DNA of 64,000 bases from Naegleria gruberi (Eukaryota). Within the stretch, counting starts at the first letter, position 1. Each line of letters starts with the position of its first letter. Location of the stretch: NCBI GenBank assembly GCA_000004985.1, contig GG738860.1. One strand, given 5' to 3'. A program made the position numbers and the translations under genes. This document shows, in pieces, positions 12,001 to 22,273 of this stretch. Below the pieces are notes generated by a model. The model was not told where the DNA came from. It saw only the letters and a list, made by a program, of their open reading frames with translations, and searched no databases.

Positions 12001-14416
12001 NNNNNNNNNNNNNNNNNNNNNNNNNNNNNNNNNNNNNNNNNNNNNNNNNNNNNNNNNNNNNNNNNNNNNNNNNNNNNNNNNNNNNNNNNNNNNNNNNNNN
12101 NNNNNNNNNNNNNNNNNNNNNNNNNNNNNNNNNNNNNNNNNNNNNNNNNNNNNNNNNNNNNNNNNNNNNNNNNNNNNNNNNNNNNNNNNNNNNNNNNNNN
12201 NNNNNNNNNNNNNNNNNNNNNNNNNNNNNNNNNNNNNNNNNNNNNNNNNNNNNNNNNNNNNNNNNNNNNNNNNNNNNNNNNNNNNNNNNNNNNNNNNNNN
12301 NNNNNNNNNNNNNNNNNNNNNNNNNNNNNNNNNNNNNNNNNNNNNNNNNNNNNNNNNNNNNNNNNNNNNNNNNNNNNNNNNNNNNNNNNNNNNNNNNNNN
12401 NNNNNNNNNNNNNNNNNNNNNNNNNNNNNNNNNNNNNNNNNNNNNNNNNNNNNNNNNNNNNNNNNNNNNNNNNNNNNNNNNNNNNNNNNNNNNNNNNNNN
12501 NNNNNNNNNNNNNNNNNNNNNNNNNNNNNNNNNNNNNNNNNNNNNNNNNNNNNNNNNNNNNNNNNNNNNNNNNNNNNNNNNNNNNNNNNNNNNNNNNNNN
12601 NNNNNNNNNNNNNNNNNNNNNNNNNNNNNNNNNNNNNNNNNNNNNNNNNNNNNNNNNNNNNNNNNNNNNNNNNNNNNNNNNNNNNNNNNNNNNNNNNNNN
12701 NNNNNNNNNNNNNNNNNNNNNNNNNNNNNNNNNNNNNNNNNNNNNNNNNNNNNNNNNNNNNNNNNNNNNNNNNNNNNNNNNNNNNNNNNNNNNNNNNNNN
12801 NNNNNNNNNNNNNNNNNNNNNNNNNNNNNNNNNNNNNNNNNNNNNNNNNNNNNNNNNNNNNNNNNNNNNNNNNNNNNNNNNNNNNNNNNNNNNNNNNNNN
12901 NNNNNNNNNNNNNNNNNNNNNNNNNNNNNNNNNNNNNNNNNNNNNNNNNNNNNNNNNNNNNNNNNNNNNNNNNNNNNNNNNNNNNNNNNNNNNNNNNNNN
13001 NNNNNNNNNNNNNNNNNNNNNNNNNNNNNNNNNNNNNNNNNNNNNNNNNNNNNNNNNNNNNNNNNNNNNNNNNNNNNNNNNNNNNNNNNNNNNNNNNNNN
13101 NNNNNNNNNNNNNNNNNNNNNNNNNNNNNNNNNNNNNNNNNNNNNNNNNNNNNNNNNNNNNNNNNNNNNNNNNNNNNNNNNNNNNNNNNNNNNNNNNNNN
13201 NNNNNNNNNNNNNNNNNNNNNNNNNNNNNNNNNNNNNNNNNNNNNNNNNNNNNNNNNNNNNNNNNNNNNNNNNNNNNNNNNNNNNNNNNNNNNNNNNNNN
13301 NNNNNNNNNNNNNNNNNNNNNNNNNNNNNNNNNNNNNNNNNNNNNNNNNNNNNNNNNNNNNNNNNNNNNNNNNNNNNNNNNNNNNNNNNNNNNNNNNNNN
13401 NNNNNNNNNNNNNNNNNNNNNNNNNNNNNNNNNNNNNNNNNNNNNNNNNNNNNNNNNNNNNNNNNNNNNNNNNNNNNNNNNNNNNNNNNNNNNNNNNNNN
13501 NNNNNNNNNNNNNNNNNNNNNNNNNNNNNNNNNNNNNNNNNNNNNNNNNNNNNNNNNNNNNNNNNNNNNNNNNNNNNNNNNNNNNNNNNNNNNNNNNNNN
13601 NNNNNNNNNNNNNNNNNNNNNNNNNNNNNNNNNNNNNNNNNNNNNNNNNNNNNNNNNNNNNNNNNNNNNNNNNNNNNNNNNNNNNNNNNNNNNNNNNNNN
13701 NNNNNNNNNNNNNNNNNNNNNNNNNNNNNNNNNNNNNNNNNNNNNNNNNNNNNNNNNNNNNNNNNNNNNNNNNNNNNNNNNNNNNNNNNNNNNNNNNNNN
13801 NNNNNNNNNNNNNNNNNNNNNNNNNNNNNNNNNNNNNNNNNNNNNNNNNNNNNNNNNNNNNNNNNNNNNNNNNNNNNNNNNNNNNNNNNNNNNNNNNNNN
13901 NNNNNNNNNNNNNNNNNNNNNNNNNNNNNNNNNNNNNNNNNNNNNNNNNNNNNNNNNNNNNNNNNNNNNNNNNNNNNNNNNNNNNNNNNNNNNNNNNNNN
14001 NNNNNNNNNNNNNNNNNNNNNNNNNNNNNNNNNNNNNNNNNNNNNNNNNNNNNNNNNNNNNNNNNNNNNNNNNNNNNNNNNNNNNNNNNNNNNNNNNNNN
14101 NNNNNNNNNNNNNNNNNNNNNNNNNNNNNNNNNNNNNNNNNNNNNNNNNNNNNNNNNNNNNNNNNNNNNNNNNNNNNNNNNNNNNNNNNNNNNNNNNNNN
14201 NNNNNNNNNNNNNNNNNNNNNNNNNNNNNNNNNNNNNNNNNNNNNNNNNNNNNNNNNNNNNNNNNNNNNNNNNNNNNNNNNNNNNNNNNNNNNNNNNNNN
14301 NNNNNNNNNNNNNNNNNNNNNNNNNNNNNNNNNNNNNNNNNNNNNNNNNNNNNNNNNNNNNNNNNNNNNNNNNNNNNNNNNNNNNNNNNNNNNNNNNNNN
14401 NNNNNNNNNNNNNNNN
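1..14416. other. Run of N (assembly gap or masked sequence); no information
   Basis: 14416 consecutive 'n' characters; first real base is 14417. Confidence 0.99.
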
Positions 14417-14850
14417 TGTTGTTCATTGTTCAATTGATGAGAAATATTAGAGGAAGATGAAGATAATTTCTTTGGAGTGAGCATACTTTTCAATGATGAA
14501 AGACTTTTCTTTCTTTCTTTTAGGGTATTATTCGAAGAAGAGGAAGAATTGGACGAATTGTTGTTGGACGAATTACTAGACGAAATGTTAGCAGCATTGG
14601 CTAAATTATTATTTAATTCAGTTAATAGTGCAGAACTACTGGTAATGGTGAGGGTTCCTCGCTTTGTTGTTGTTGTTGTTGTATTTGATTCTTGTGATGA
14701 GCTGTCAGTGTTGGCATTTGACATTGATGAAACGGATTGGGATCTACGATAGGCATCATTTTCGTTTGGTGATGGTGTTGTAGGTGATGTTGGTTTTTCT
14801 GGAATTGTTATTGGTTGAGAAGACGATGACAGCGACTTTCGTTTAAACAT
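14417..14850 (-). CDS. 5' part of a Ser/Thr/Asn-rich protein of unknown function; continues into the N gap
   Basis: Minus-strand ATG at 14850-14848 (reverse complement of the 'cat' at the end of 'gtttaaacat'). The frame reads MFKRKSLSSSSQPITIPEKPTSPTTPSPNENDAYRRSQSVSSMSNANTDSSSQESNTTTTTTKRGTL... and stays open for about 144 codons to the gap edge. The + strand ORF 14477..14752 is its antisense shadow. Confidence 0.4.
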
Positions 14851-15153
14851 TTTTTTTTATGAAATTTGACAGCTAATGGTTTTGACATTTTATGAATGCA
14901 TAAAGAGATGAACTTGGTCATTCTTCCAAATATTTACCAACAGGCCTTTCTTCTTCTTTCTAATAAAAATTGAACTAGTGTTTTTTTAAAATTTTGTAAA
15001 GTTTTACAACAGATTTGTTTTCCTTCATGTTCGTTCAACAAATATGTTCAAATATAATTGAAAACTATTTCTCCAAATTGATTCTTCAACTATTTGTAAA
15101 AAATTATAATTCTTTGATTTTAAATTTTAAAAAAAAATTCAAAACACTTCAAA

Positions 15154-18100
15154 ATGCAACAAAAGGAGGAATTTATTCATCATTTGGATGGCTTGATGAA
15201 TGTGCAGAATTTGCACGATCAGGGAATGACTCCACAAGATGTTGATTTATTATTGTGGAAGAGAGGTAAAAAATCAAGTGAATTGGTGCATGGCAAGTTG
15301 GAGGAGATGAAGATGGGTGAACAAGAGATTGGGCAATTGATTGATCAATTGTTGGAATCCAAGTCCGATGATCAAGTTAGGGAGAATAGAATTGGTGTTA
15401 TTTTGGCAATTGTTTATGAATTGAGAAGTGAAAAGTTGATTCAATTAATTACTGATAGAAATACTCCTATTATGATTGTTGATTTGATTGTTAAGAATTT
15501 GACAAGAATTTTGAAAGATCAAGATGAATTTATGAAATTTTTCAATGAGAAATATGATAAATTGAATGATCATGTTAGAATTAGAATTGAAAGATGTGTC
15601 AGAAAGACGAAACCAAAGTGGATTCCACAATTGTTGAGTACATTGTTGGAAAGAAAGGCTCCTTCAAGAGAATGCATGTGTACTTTGGGACATTTAGAAT
15701 CAAATCCAGAAAATGACATTTTAATTGTTAAGGTTCTTAAAGATCTTAAAATAGAATTAAATGACATGATGTTCAGTCCATTATTTAGAAAACATACAAA
15801 GGCAATGAGTACTTTTTTGAAAGATAGAATTGAAGAAATATGTGGAAACAATCCTCAGAAAGCAGCTCAATACTTTAACTCGCAAAAATTACCAGTGTTT
15901 CTACTCAAACAGTTTCCTAACTTTGCCTGGGAATTGATTTCAAAGTATTTGGTCAACCCATTCTTGGAAAACAAGTGTCAGAAATTGTATTTGAACAAGT
16001 TTTGGTACATTCCAACATTTTACACTCATCCATCTTTTGTAGAGACGACTGAAAAAATTATTTCACTCACCAAAGATCCTTCCCTCATTCATGCACGTCA
16101 ATTGGTTAACAGACTAACTATCAAACAATTAGCCAAAATATTGTTTGCAATTATTGAAAGTTTTGGATATTCTAGATCAACCCATGCCAAACACTTTATT
16201 GGGATTCTACTCTTTAACAAAGCAAAGCATTATGCCAATAGAAATGTTCTATTCGAAAATATGTATTCACTTGGTTTGAATAAGGAAAAATTCATTAATT
16301 GGATTGTCAATAATTGCCAAACAGATCAAATACCAATGATTTTGAATATTCTACCATGGGATATTGCATCTGCAGTTGCTGAAAGAATATATCAATTGAG
16401 AAAGAAAGAGGTTTTCAAAAATTCTTCTGAGGAGAGTATTTATTGGAAATACTTTTTCAATTTGGATGATAATGATCAAAGAAACCAATTCAAAAATGCA
16501 TGCTCGAATCCAGTTGGTGAAGTAAGAGCTTGTGTTTTGAGAGATTTACTCTTGTGTTCGCTCATGTCTGGAAAGCAAGTGAGAGAAACTTTAGAATTTA
16601 TTGAAACCAGAATGAAAAACGATACAGAGGTTCAATCCAGATTATTCAATCAATATAATAGAGACAACTCAATCGATAGCTTTTTGGGCATTCATTTCAA
16701 AGATCATTCTGAACTAATTCTCAATATTTTAAGCAAGGTAAACTCGTACTCTGCTTCTTCAATTTATCAGGCTCTTATTTCTCAAAATATGACTAATGTA
16801 GAAATTTTGAAGAGAATTATTATTTCAATGGAGAAGACTTCGAATTCTTCGTCTAGAGCAGTTAGTTTCAGAAAGGAAGTTCACCAAGAGTTGATGAATC
16901 ATTTCAAGCCAACTTTGGAGGAAATGGCAAGAAATGGCTCATATGAATTGATTAGTTTCTTATTCGAGTCAATTGAAAATCCAGTTAAATATGATTATAT
17001 CAACGAGTTTGTTGCTAATTACATTGAGAATGTAATCCCTGAAACCACTTCTAATATTCCTCCAAAGCTTCTCAAAGGACTTGTTGAGGTTTATCTCAAA
17101 TCGGATCCAAAGAATATTTCCAAGAGAGTTAAAGTCATTCTTGACAAGTATCCTCTTTCATTTCAATTATCTGTTGTACAGAGAGCACTCTTAGATAAGA
17201 GAAATATTCCAGATCCAGAACTTGTCTCCAAATTCTTACCAGATCACGTTCTCGAATTTGAAGAGTTGAACTTGTCATTGAGTAGTCAATCTCCACTTGT
17301 ATGGAAACCTGAAGTATTGAGTTCTCTCCATCTCGAAACATTTGCTCCTAAACAATTGTTACAATCCTTCTCTACCTATTACAAGGATTATCTGTTTAAG
17401 GTTTGTAGAACTGGAGAAATTAGTAATTTCTACTGTTCTAGGTATTCAGAGTTTTCAGAGAGGAAACAAACTCTACTAATCCTTCCAAAGCTTCTCTATG
17501 AAAGACCAATGTTGGATGACTTGGTTCAATTCATTGATGAGAAGATTCTCTCTAACATTTCCTTGGAGAATGTGGTTCCAACCATGGGTAGAGGAAGAGG
17601 CAGAGGCAGAGGCAGAGGAGGAGGTAGAATGAGTGCACCAAGAAGTGTACCAAGACAACCTCGTGCTATTGAATTGAATGTAGAAGATGCTGCTGTTAAA
17701 TCTTTGGCCAAACTTGTGAGAACTAATTCTCAACATCCACTTGAACATTTAGATTGGATTCTCGAAAATATTACCTCTGAAAATGTAATGTATTTCTACT
17801 CGGCTCTGAACAGATTATCAAAACATGAACCAGGATTCGTAAGGAAATTTATTGAAATTTTAAAAGGAAAGTTTAGTTCAGGACCAAAGGAGAATTTCAC
17901 AATTTCAATTCAAAAGGTTTTCATTTGCTTTTTCAAGCAACATGCAGAATTTTCTGGTAACCATCCTCTCGTCAATGAAATTGCTGACTTTTTGTTACAT
18001 CTTTGGGATTTGAAACTTCATAAGGATGTTCAAGTTGCAATTGTTCAAACAGCCAAAAAAATCATTTCCAAAGCAAAAGAATATGATCTCTATGCAAAAC

Positions 18101-19110
18101 TTGAAAGATTGTTCAAGGATGCTGCCACTCATGAATATCAAGCCGTTGTGGAAGAGCTGGCATTGTATGTTCCAACTTTGAATGAGAAAATAGCTCAAGA
18201 CTTTTTCACATTGAGTTTGCAAGCATTGCAACATAAGGATTCTGGTAATTCTCAATCAAAAGTATGGCACCGTATCTCTCAAGCAGTTCTTAGTCTTGAT
18301 ATGAGAGCTTTTAGTAATTCATTTGATGCAATGTCTCTTTTCAATTCCTATCTCATTGATGCCTTGCTTTTATTCGGTGCTTCTAAGGACACTTCCGTTA
18401 CTGATATTGCTATTGCTACTATTACAACTCAATTATTGGAAAACACAAAGCAAGTGAGCGAACTGTTATTGGAAAAGATTGTAAAACCACTGTTCACAGA
18501 TGACAAACTCAAGACACTTAATCTAGAATTTGATAGACCAATTTCTACAAGATTACAATATTTGGCAAAGCAAATTGCAACAACAATAACTGGAACTTAT
18601 TCAACCATTTCAGAAGAAACCTTGAACGATATTCAACAGTTAATCTTGGATTGGATTGGATTGACTAAAACATTGGAAGAAAGAATTTCACACGCCTGCC
18701 TTGTTTCCAGTATTACAAATTGGTCAAATAAGGATTCGATTATCGAAAACAGTATCAAGAGAGTCGCTAATTTATTTGTTGACATGCCAGATTTGAAAAT
18801 TGCTGGTTTGACAACTTTATGTCACAATTCCAGTCTTTTCATTCTCACAAATGAACACTCTGACAGCACCACCCAAGCTGTTTCTCATATTCTCCAAAAC
18901 CATAGTCAATACTCTCAAGATGAATTAATTCTAGCAGTCGCTCTTCTTAAATTAATTCCAGTCAATCCAGATATTGAAAATCTAATGAAAATCATCAACA
19001 ATCTTACACCAACCTATCCACTTCTTGCCATCACATACTTTATCAAAACTGAAAGTGATCAAGATAAAGGAAAGAATCAACGATTCCCTTTCAGAAGACA
19101 TGGTTATTAA
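15154..19110 (+). CDS. Large (1318 aa) conserved-looking protein of unknown function with an internal RG/RGG box; apparently a single exon
   Basis: Uninterrupted 3957-nt ORF in AT-rich DNA with an AT-rich leader before the ATG at 15154. Contains MGRGRGRGRGRGGGRMSAPRSVPRQPR near residues 810-835. The remainder is non-repetitive with helical-repeat-like composition. I do not recognise the family. Confidence 0.7.
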   Translation: MQQKEEFIHHLDGLMNVQNLHDQGMTPQDVDLLLWKRGKKSSELVHGKLEEMKMGEQEIGQLIDQLLESKSDDQVRENRIGVILAIVYELRSEKLIQLITDRNTPIMIVDLIVKNLTRILKDQDEFMKFFNEKYDKLNDHVRIRIERCVRKTKPKWIPQLLSTLLERKAPSRECMCTLGHLESNPENDILIVKVLKDLKIELNDMMFSPLFRKHTKAMSTFLKDRIEEICGNNPQKAAQYFNSQKLPVFLLKQFPNFAWELISKYLVNPFLENKCQKLYLNKFWYIPTFYTHPSFVETTEKIISLTKDPSLIHARQLVNRLTIKQLAKILFAIIESFGYSRSTHAKHFIGILLFNKAKHYANRNVLFENMYSLGLNKEKFINWIVNNCQTDQIPMILNILPWDIASAVAERIYQLRKKEVFKNSSEESIYWKYFFNLDDNDQRNQFKNACSNPVGEVRACVLRDLLLCSLMSGKQVRETLEFIETRMKNDTEVQSRLFNQYNRDNSIDSFLGIHFKDHSELILNILSKVNSYSASSIYQALISQNMTNVEILKRIIISMEKTSNSSSRAVSFRKEVHQELMNHFKPTLEEMARNGSYELISFLFESIENPVKYDYINEFVANYIENVIPETTSNIPPKLLKGLVEVYLKSDPKNISKRVKVILDKYPLSFQLSVVQRALLDKRNIPDPELVSKFLPDHVLEFEELNLSLSSQSPLVWKPEVLSSLHLETFAPKQLLQSFSTYYKDYLFKVCRTGEISNFYCSRYSEFSERKQTLLILPKLLYERPMLDDLVQFIDEKILSNISLENVVPTMGRGRGRGRGRGGGRMSAPRSVPRQPRAIELNVEDAAVKSLAKLVRTNSQHPLEHLDWILENITSENVMYFYSALNRLSKHEPGFVRKFIEILKGKFSSGPKENFTISIQKVFICFFKQHAEFSGNHPLVNEIADFLLHLWDLKLHKDVQVAIVQTAKKIISKAKEYDLYAKLERLFKDAATHEYQAVVEELALYVPTLNEKIAQDFFTLSLQALQHKDSGNSQSKVWHRISQAVLSLDMRAFSNSFDAMSLFNSYLIDALLLFGASKDTSVTDIAIATITTQLLENTKQVSELLLEKIVKPLFTDDKLKTLNLEFDRPISTRLQYLAKQIATTITGTYSTISEETLNDIQQLILDWIGLTKTLEERISHACLVSSITNWSNKDSIIENSIKRVANLFVDMPDLKIAGLTTLCHNSSLFILTNEHSDSTTQAVSHILQNHSQYSQDELILAVALLKLIPVNPDIENLMKIINNLTPTYPLLAITYFIKTESDQDKGKNQRFPFRRHGY

Positions 19111-19556
19111 ATAAACAATGTAGCGAATCAGTTTACAATGTAATTAAGTTGCGAATTGTGGCTCTTTCCAAAGAAGCAATTAAATTATTCTGGTCAATTA
19201 CCTATTATGAAAAGAACCTATTTTTCAATGAATGTTTGAATCGTTTATTACTTAGTTATTAACAGTCCTACGTACAACGGAAAATGTGAAAATACCAAAT
19301 TAAAATGTTTATTGGGCTCTCCCTTTATCCTATTAACCATTTGTTATTTATCCATGCTACATACGAAAATAATGGTCAGCGTAATAGATGAATTTCAACA
19401 ACTTTGACATCATACCCATTCCACTTTCCTATTCACTGTTGTGTAGGAACAATCGTATACAATTCGTACAGTGGCTAGTTGGTCAAAAATGAACAAGAAT
19501 CAAAACATGATGAATCTTCTCTTACCTGAATTTAAATAAATTTAACTAATGCAATT

Positions 19557-20951
19557 TTACAAGTTTTTGGAGATGATTTCTTGTAATTCCTCAGGTACAA
19601 ATCTAAGTGCTTCTCTGTTTTGTTTTACAGCTTCCAAAGCAATTTCACTATCTAATTTCAATTCCTGAGAGGCAAAACGAATTGCTTCACCATCATTTTT
19701 CACAGCAGCCATAACTAGGTCTCTATCATTCCTGAACGTTTCAGATGCAAAAAATAGTAAATCACCTTCATGAGCAACAGCTTCCAATAGGAAATCCTTG
19801 TTATTGAGAAACTCATCAAGAAATTCGAGTGCATCACCATTTTGTTTGACCGCTGCCATTGCAATTTCTCTATCTTTTTTGAAATGATCTGCAATTTTTT
19901 GAATCATCATACCATTTTGCTTAACAGCTGTCAAAACTACTTGTCTGTCATGTTTTAATTCCTGAGCAGCAAATTCAATAGATCTTCCATCTATTGAAAC
20001 AGCAACAAGAACTATTTCCATATCTTCTTGGAGTGAATAATCAGCATAGTAAAATGCTTGTCCATTTTGTTTGACAGCTGCCAAAATTAATTCTCTATCC
20101 TTTAGTAATTCCTTTGGGACATCTCCATCTGATAATACTTTCCAATTTTGTGATACTGCAGCTATGGCTATTTCTCTATCTTGTTGTAGCTCTTCTTCCA
20201 ATATTGAATAAACTTTTCCATTTTGAGAAACTGCAGCTAAAACTATTTCTCTATCGTTTTTTAATTGTTGATCTACGTATTTGATTGCCTTTCCATTATT
20301 TTTCACAGCTTCCAATACTAGCTCTCTATCTTGTTTTAATTCTTCTGCAGCATGTTTGATACAAGTTCCTGCACATTTTACAATTTCCATCATGAATTCC
20401 CTGTCAGTTTTCAAATTTTTGGAAGCATAGCAAAATGATTTATGGTAATGTTCGACAGCATGCTTTACAACCTCCTTATTATTCCTTAATTTTTTAGATG
20501 CATAAAGCAATGGAGCATAATCTACAGATTCTTTAATTTTCTCCTCCTCAAGCATCATTTTGACATATGGCACATAATCCCACAAGCCAAACAACTGACC
20601 AAGGTAAACTGCATGATACGCTTCATACATGTGCACAGCTTGAAAAACATCATCCACAAAAAAGCTTCTCCACTGAACTAAATCAATACCTTTCTTTGCA
20701 ATATAATTCTTTACTTCCTCCTCCTCATTCATATCTGAAATTATTTTCTCCACTTGCTTTATAATTTTCTTTTGGTTGACCTTGTGCTGAGTGAGTCTTA
20801 GTTTGGTGAGGAGAATTTTGGAGGAAATATTCACATCTAGAATAATAGTGGTTGTAATTTTGTCCTTCAATGATGATGGATTGTGTGGTGGGAGTTTTGG
20901 TTTTTTCTCTGGTGTTGTTGCTTTGATTGAATTGTGTTGTTGTCTTTTCAT
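19557..20951 (-). CDS. DUF4116-type tandem-repeat protein (464 aa)
   Basis: About 9 consecutive 30-35 aa repeats of the form DRE(L/I)VLxAVxQNGxAL(R/K)(F/Y)AsxELKxD, for example DRELVLEAVKNNGKAIKYVDQQLKNDREIVLAAVSQNG... and ...DSEIALEAVKQNREALRFVPEEL. ATG at 20951-20949. Confidence 0.7.
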   Translation of the reverse strand: MKRQQHNSIKATTPEKKPKLPPHNPSSLKDKITTTIILDVNISSKILLTKLRLTQHKVNQKKIIKQVEKIISDMNEEEEVKNYIAKKGIDLVQWRSFFVDDVFQAVHMYEAYHAVYLGQLFGLWDYVPYVKMMLEEEKIKESVDYAPLLYASKKLRNNKEVVKHAVEHYHKSFCYASKNLKTDREFMMEIVKCAGTCIKHAAEELKQDRELVLEAVKNNGKAIKYVDQQLKNDREIVLAAVSQNGKVYSILEEELQQDREIAIAAVSQNWKVLSDGDVPKELLKDRELILAAVKQNGQAFYYADYSLQEDMEIVLVAVSIDGRSIEFAAQELKHDRQVVLTAVKQNGMMIQKIADHFKKDREIAMAAVKQNGDALEFLDEFLNNKDFLLEAVAHEGDLLFFASETFRNDRDLVMAAVKNDGEAIRFASQELKLDSEIALEAVKQNREALRFVPEELQEIISKNL

Positions 20952-21055
20952 TATTTTTTTTGTTTTGGTGATCGAATCGGGAAAATGGAGTTATTGGCAA
21001 GAAGCTGTTCCCTGTGTGACTATTCAAAACTAATATGTTTGAATATTAATCACCA

Positions 21056-21138
21056 GCCCGCGTAGCAGAGTGGTCAAATGCGTAAGACTTAAGATCTTAT
21101 CCCGAATGGGTTCGTGGGTTCGAACCCCACCGCTGGCA
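21056..21138 (+). tRNA. tRNA-Leu (anticodon UAA), type II with long variable arm
   Basis: GCCCGCG-TA-GCAGAGTGGTCAAATGC-G-TAAGA-CTTAAGA-TCTTA-TCCCGAATGGGTTC-GTGGG-TTCGAAC-CCCAC-CGCTGGC-A. Anticodon stem TAAGA/TCTTA is perfect and the loop CTTAAGA gives anticodon TAA. T-arm GTGGG/TTCGAAC/CCCAC is perfect. Near-identical to vertebrate tRNA-Leu-TAA in the D-loop, anticodon and T-arm. The acceptor stem has one C:T mismatch at 4:69. A T6 tract follows 4 nt after the discriminator. Confidence 0.8.
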
Positions 21139-21142
21139 TTCC

Positions 21143-21148
21143 TTTTTT
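21143..21148 (+). terminator. Pol III oligo-T terminator for the tRNA-Leu gene
   Basis: TTTTTT lies 4 nt downstream of the tRNA 3' end (..CGCTGGCA TTCC TTTTTT). Confidence 0.5.
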
Positions 21149-22273
21149 GCTCTCATTTTTTCTCGCTTTTGTACCATTGTGGTTGACTGCTGAAGCACAA
21201 CTCAAGTAATTCCAAGTACTGCTTGTTCTTTTTTCTAAAAGCTTACAGTTAGTTTTTAGCTCACTACTGTTCAAGTAACTTCCTGTAAACCATTGTAATT
21301 TTCATACATTCCATTACAATAGTGTGATCTACGTATGGCGACTCTCTTTAAAAAAATAGTGCACAGATCCTCAACACCATTTTGTGGGTATCAAACCATA
21401 AAAGACTACAAACTATAAAAAAGGCAATATCGGAGTCAATGAACCTTAATAGGAGGAATAAATTCAGAAATGCAACTCTGTTGCTTGCTTAGTTGTGTCA
21501 GAAACTTCATGGCAAGATAATAAGGAAAGAATTTGTGTTTATCTATTTCGGAACAATTGTTTAACATTACCAAATTTTACTGCATTTCGAATAAAAGATG
21601 AGAAACATCTCATGGAGCAAAGAGCCTAAAAAATAGAAATTGATATTTATACAACTGAATTCAATAATCTTCATTCAAGCGGAAGGATTATCGTTTTTTA
21701 TGGTTTGGTTTTGGTTGTGAACTGATTATTAGAAAGTTGTGTGAATTTCAGTTTTTGGAAAGTGTGTTTTATCTTTCAGTTTGTTTGCATTCAATAATCA
21801 AACAATCCAAGTAATTGGATTGCATGGATGACAATTAGCCTACGATCTATTAACTAAATGCTATAGGTAGATTATATACGAAACTATTTCAATTCTCTCT
21901 CTCTTAATCCCAACCATTTAAATCTTAACAGCCCATGTCGCATTTATAGATTTAAACCAGCGCGTTTTGCTTTGTTTTGGTTTGTCAGTGAAACTGTTTC
22001 GAATAATTCAAGCATCATGTCAATTACCCTAGGGTCTCAACACGCTTATATCAACAAATACCCATAAGTATTCAACTTTAAACCCTTTCAATTTGTCCTG
22101 TTACGACGAAAGGCCTCTGGAACCAATTAGAAAAAAACCAGCTTGTGGTGTTTCTTCACTTTTTCGTCTGGTTTAGTTTACTTTAAAAAAACAAGTGAAC
22201 ACTACTACATGTTTAAAGTGAGACAGCAGTGAGAAAGAGTGAGAAACAGTTTAATGTTTATGCAATTCAAAGA

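Noticed and set aside
14477-14752. + strand ORF of 91 aa (MSILFNDERLFF...)
   Set aside because: It is antisense to the Ser/Asn-rich minus-strand coding region that runs into the gap. It starts at GTG and has an acidic, low-complexity composition typical of a shadow ORF.
17526-17711. Minus-strand 61-aa ORF containing PLPLPLPLPLP
   Set aside because: It is the antisense of the (RG)n coding repeat in the 1318-aa gene.
21089-21274. Minus-strand 61-aa ORF overlapping the tRNA
   Set aside because: It overlaps the tRNA-Leu gene and its T-tract. It has no coding features.
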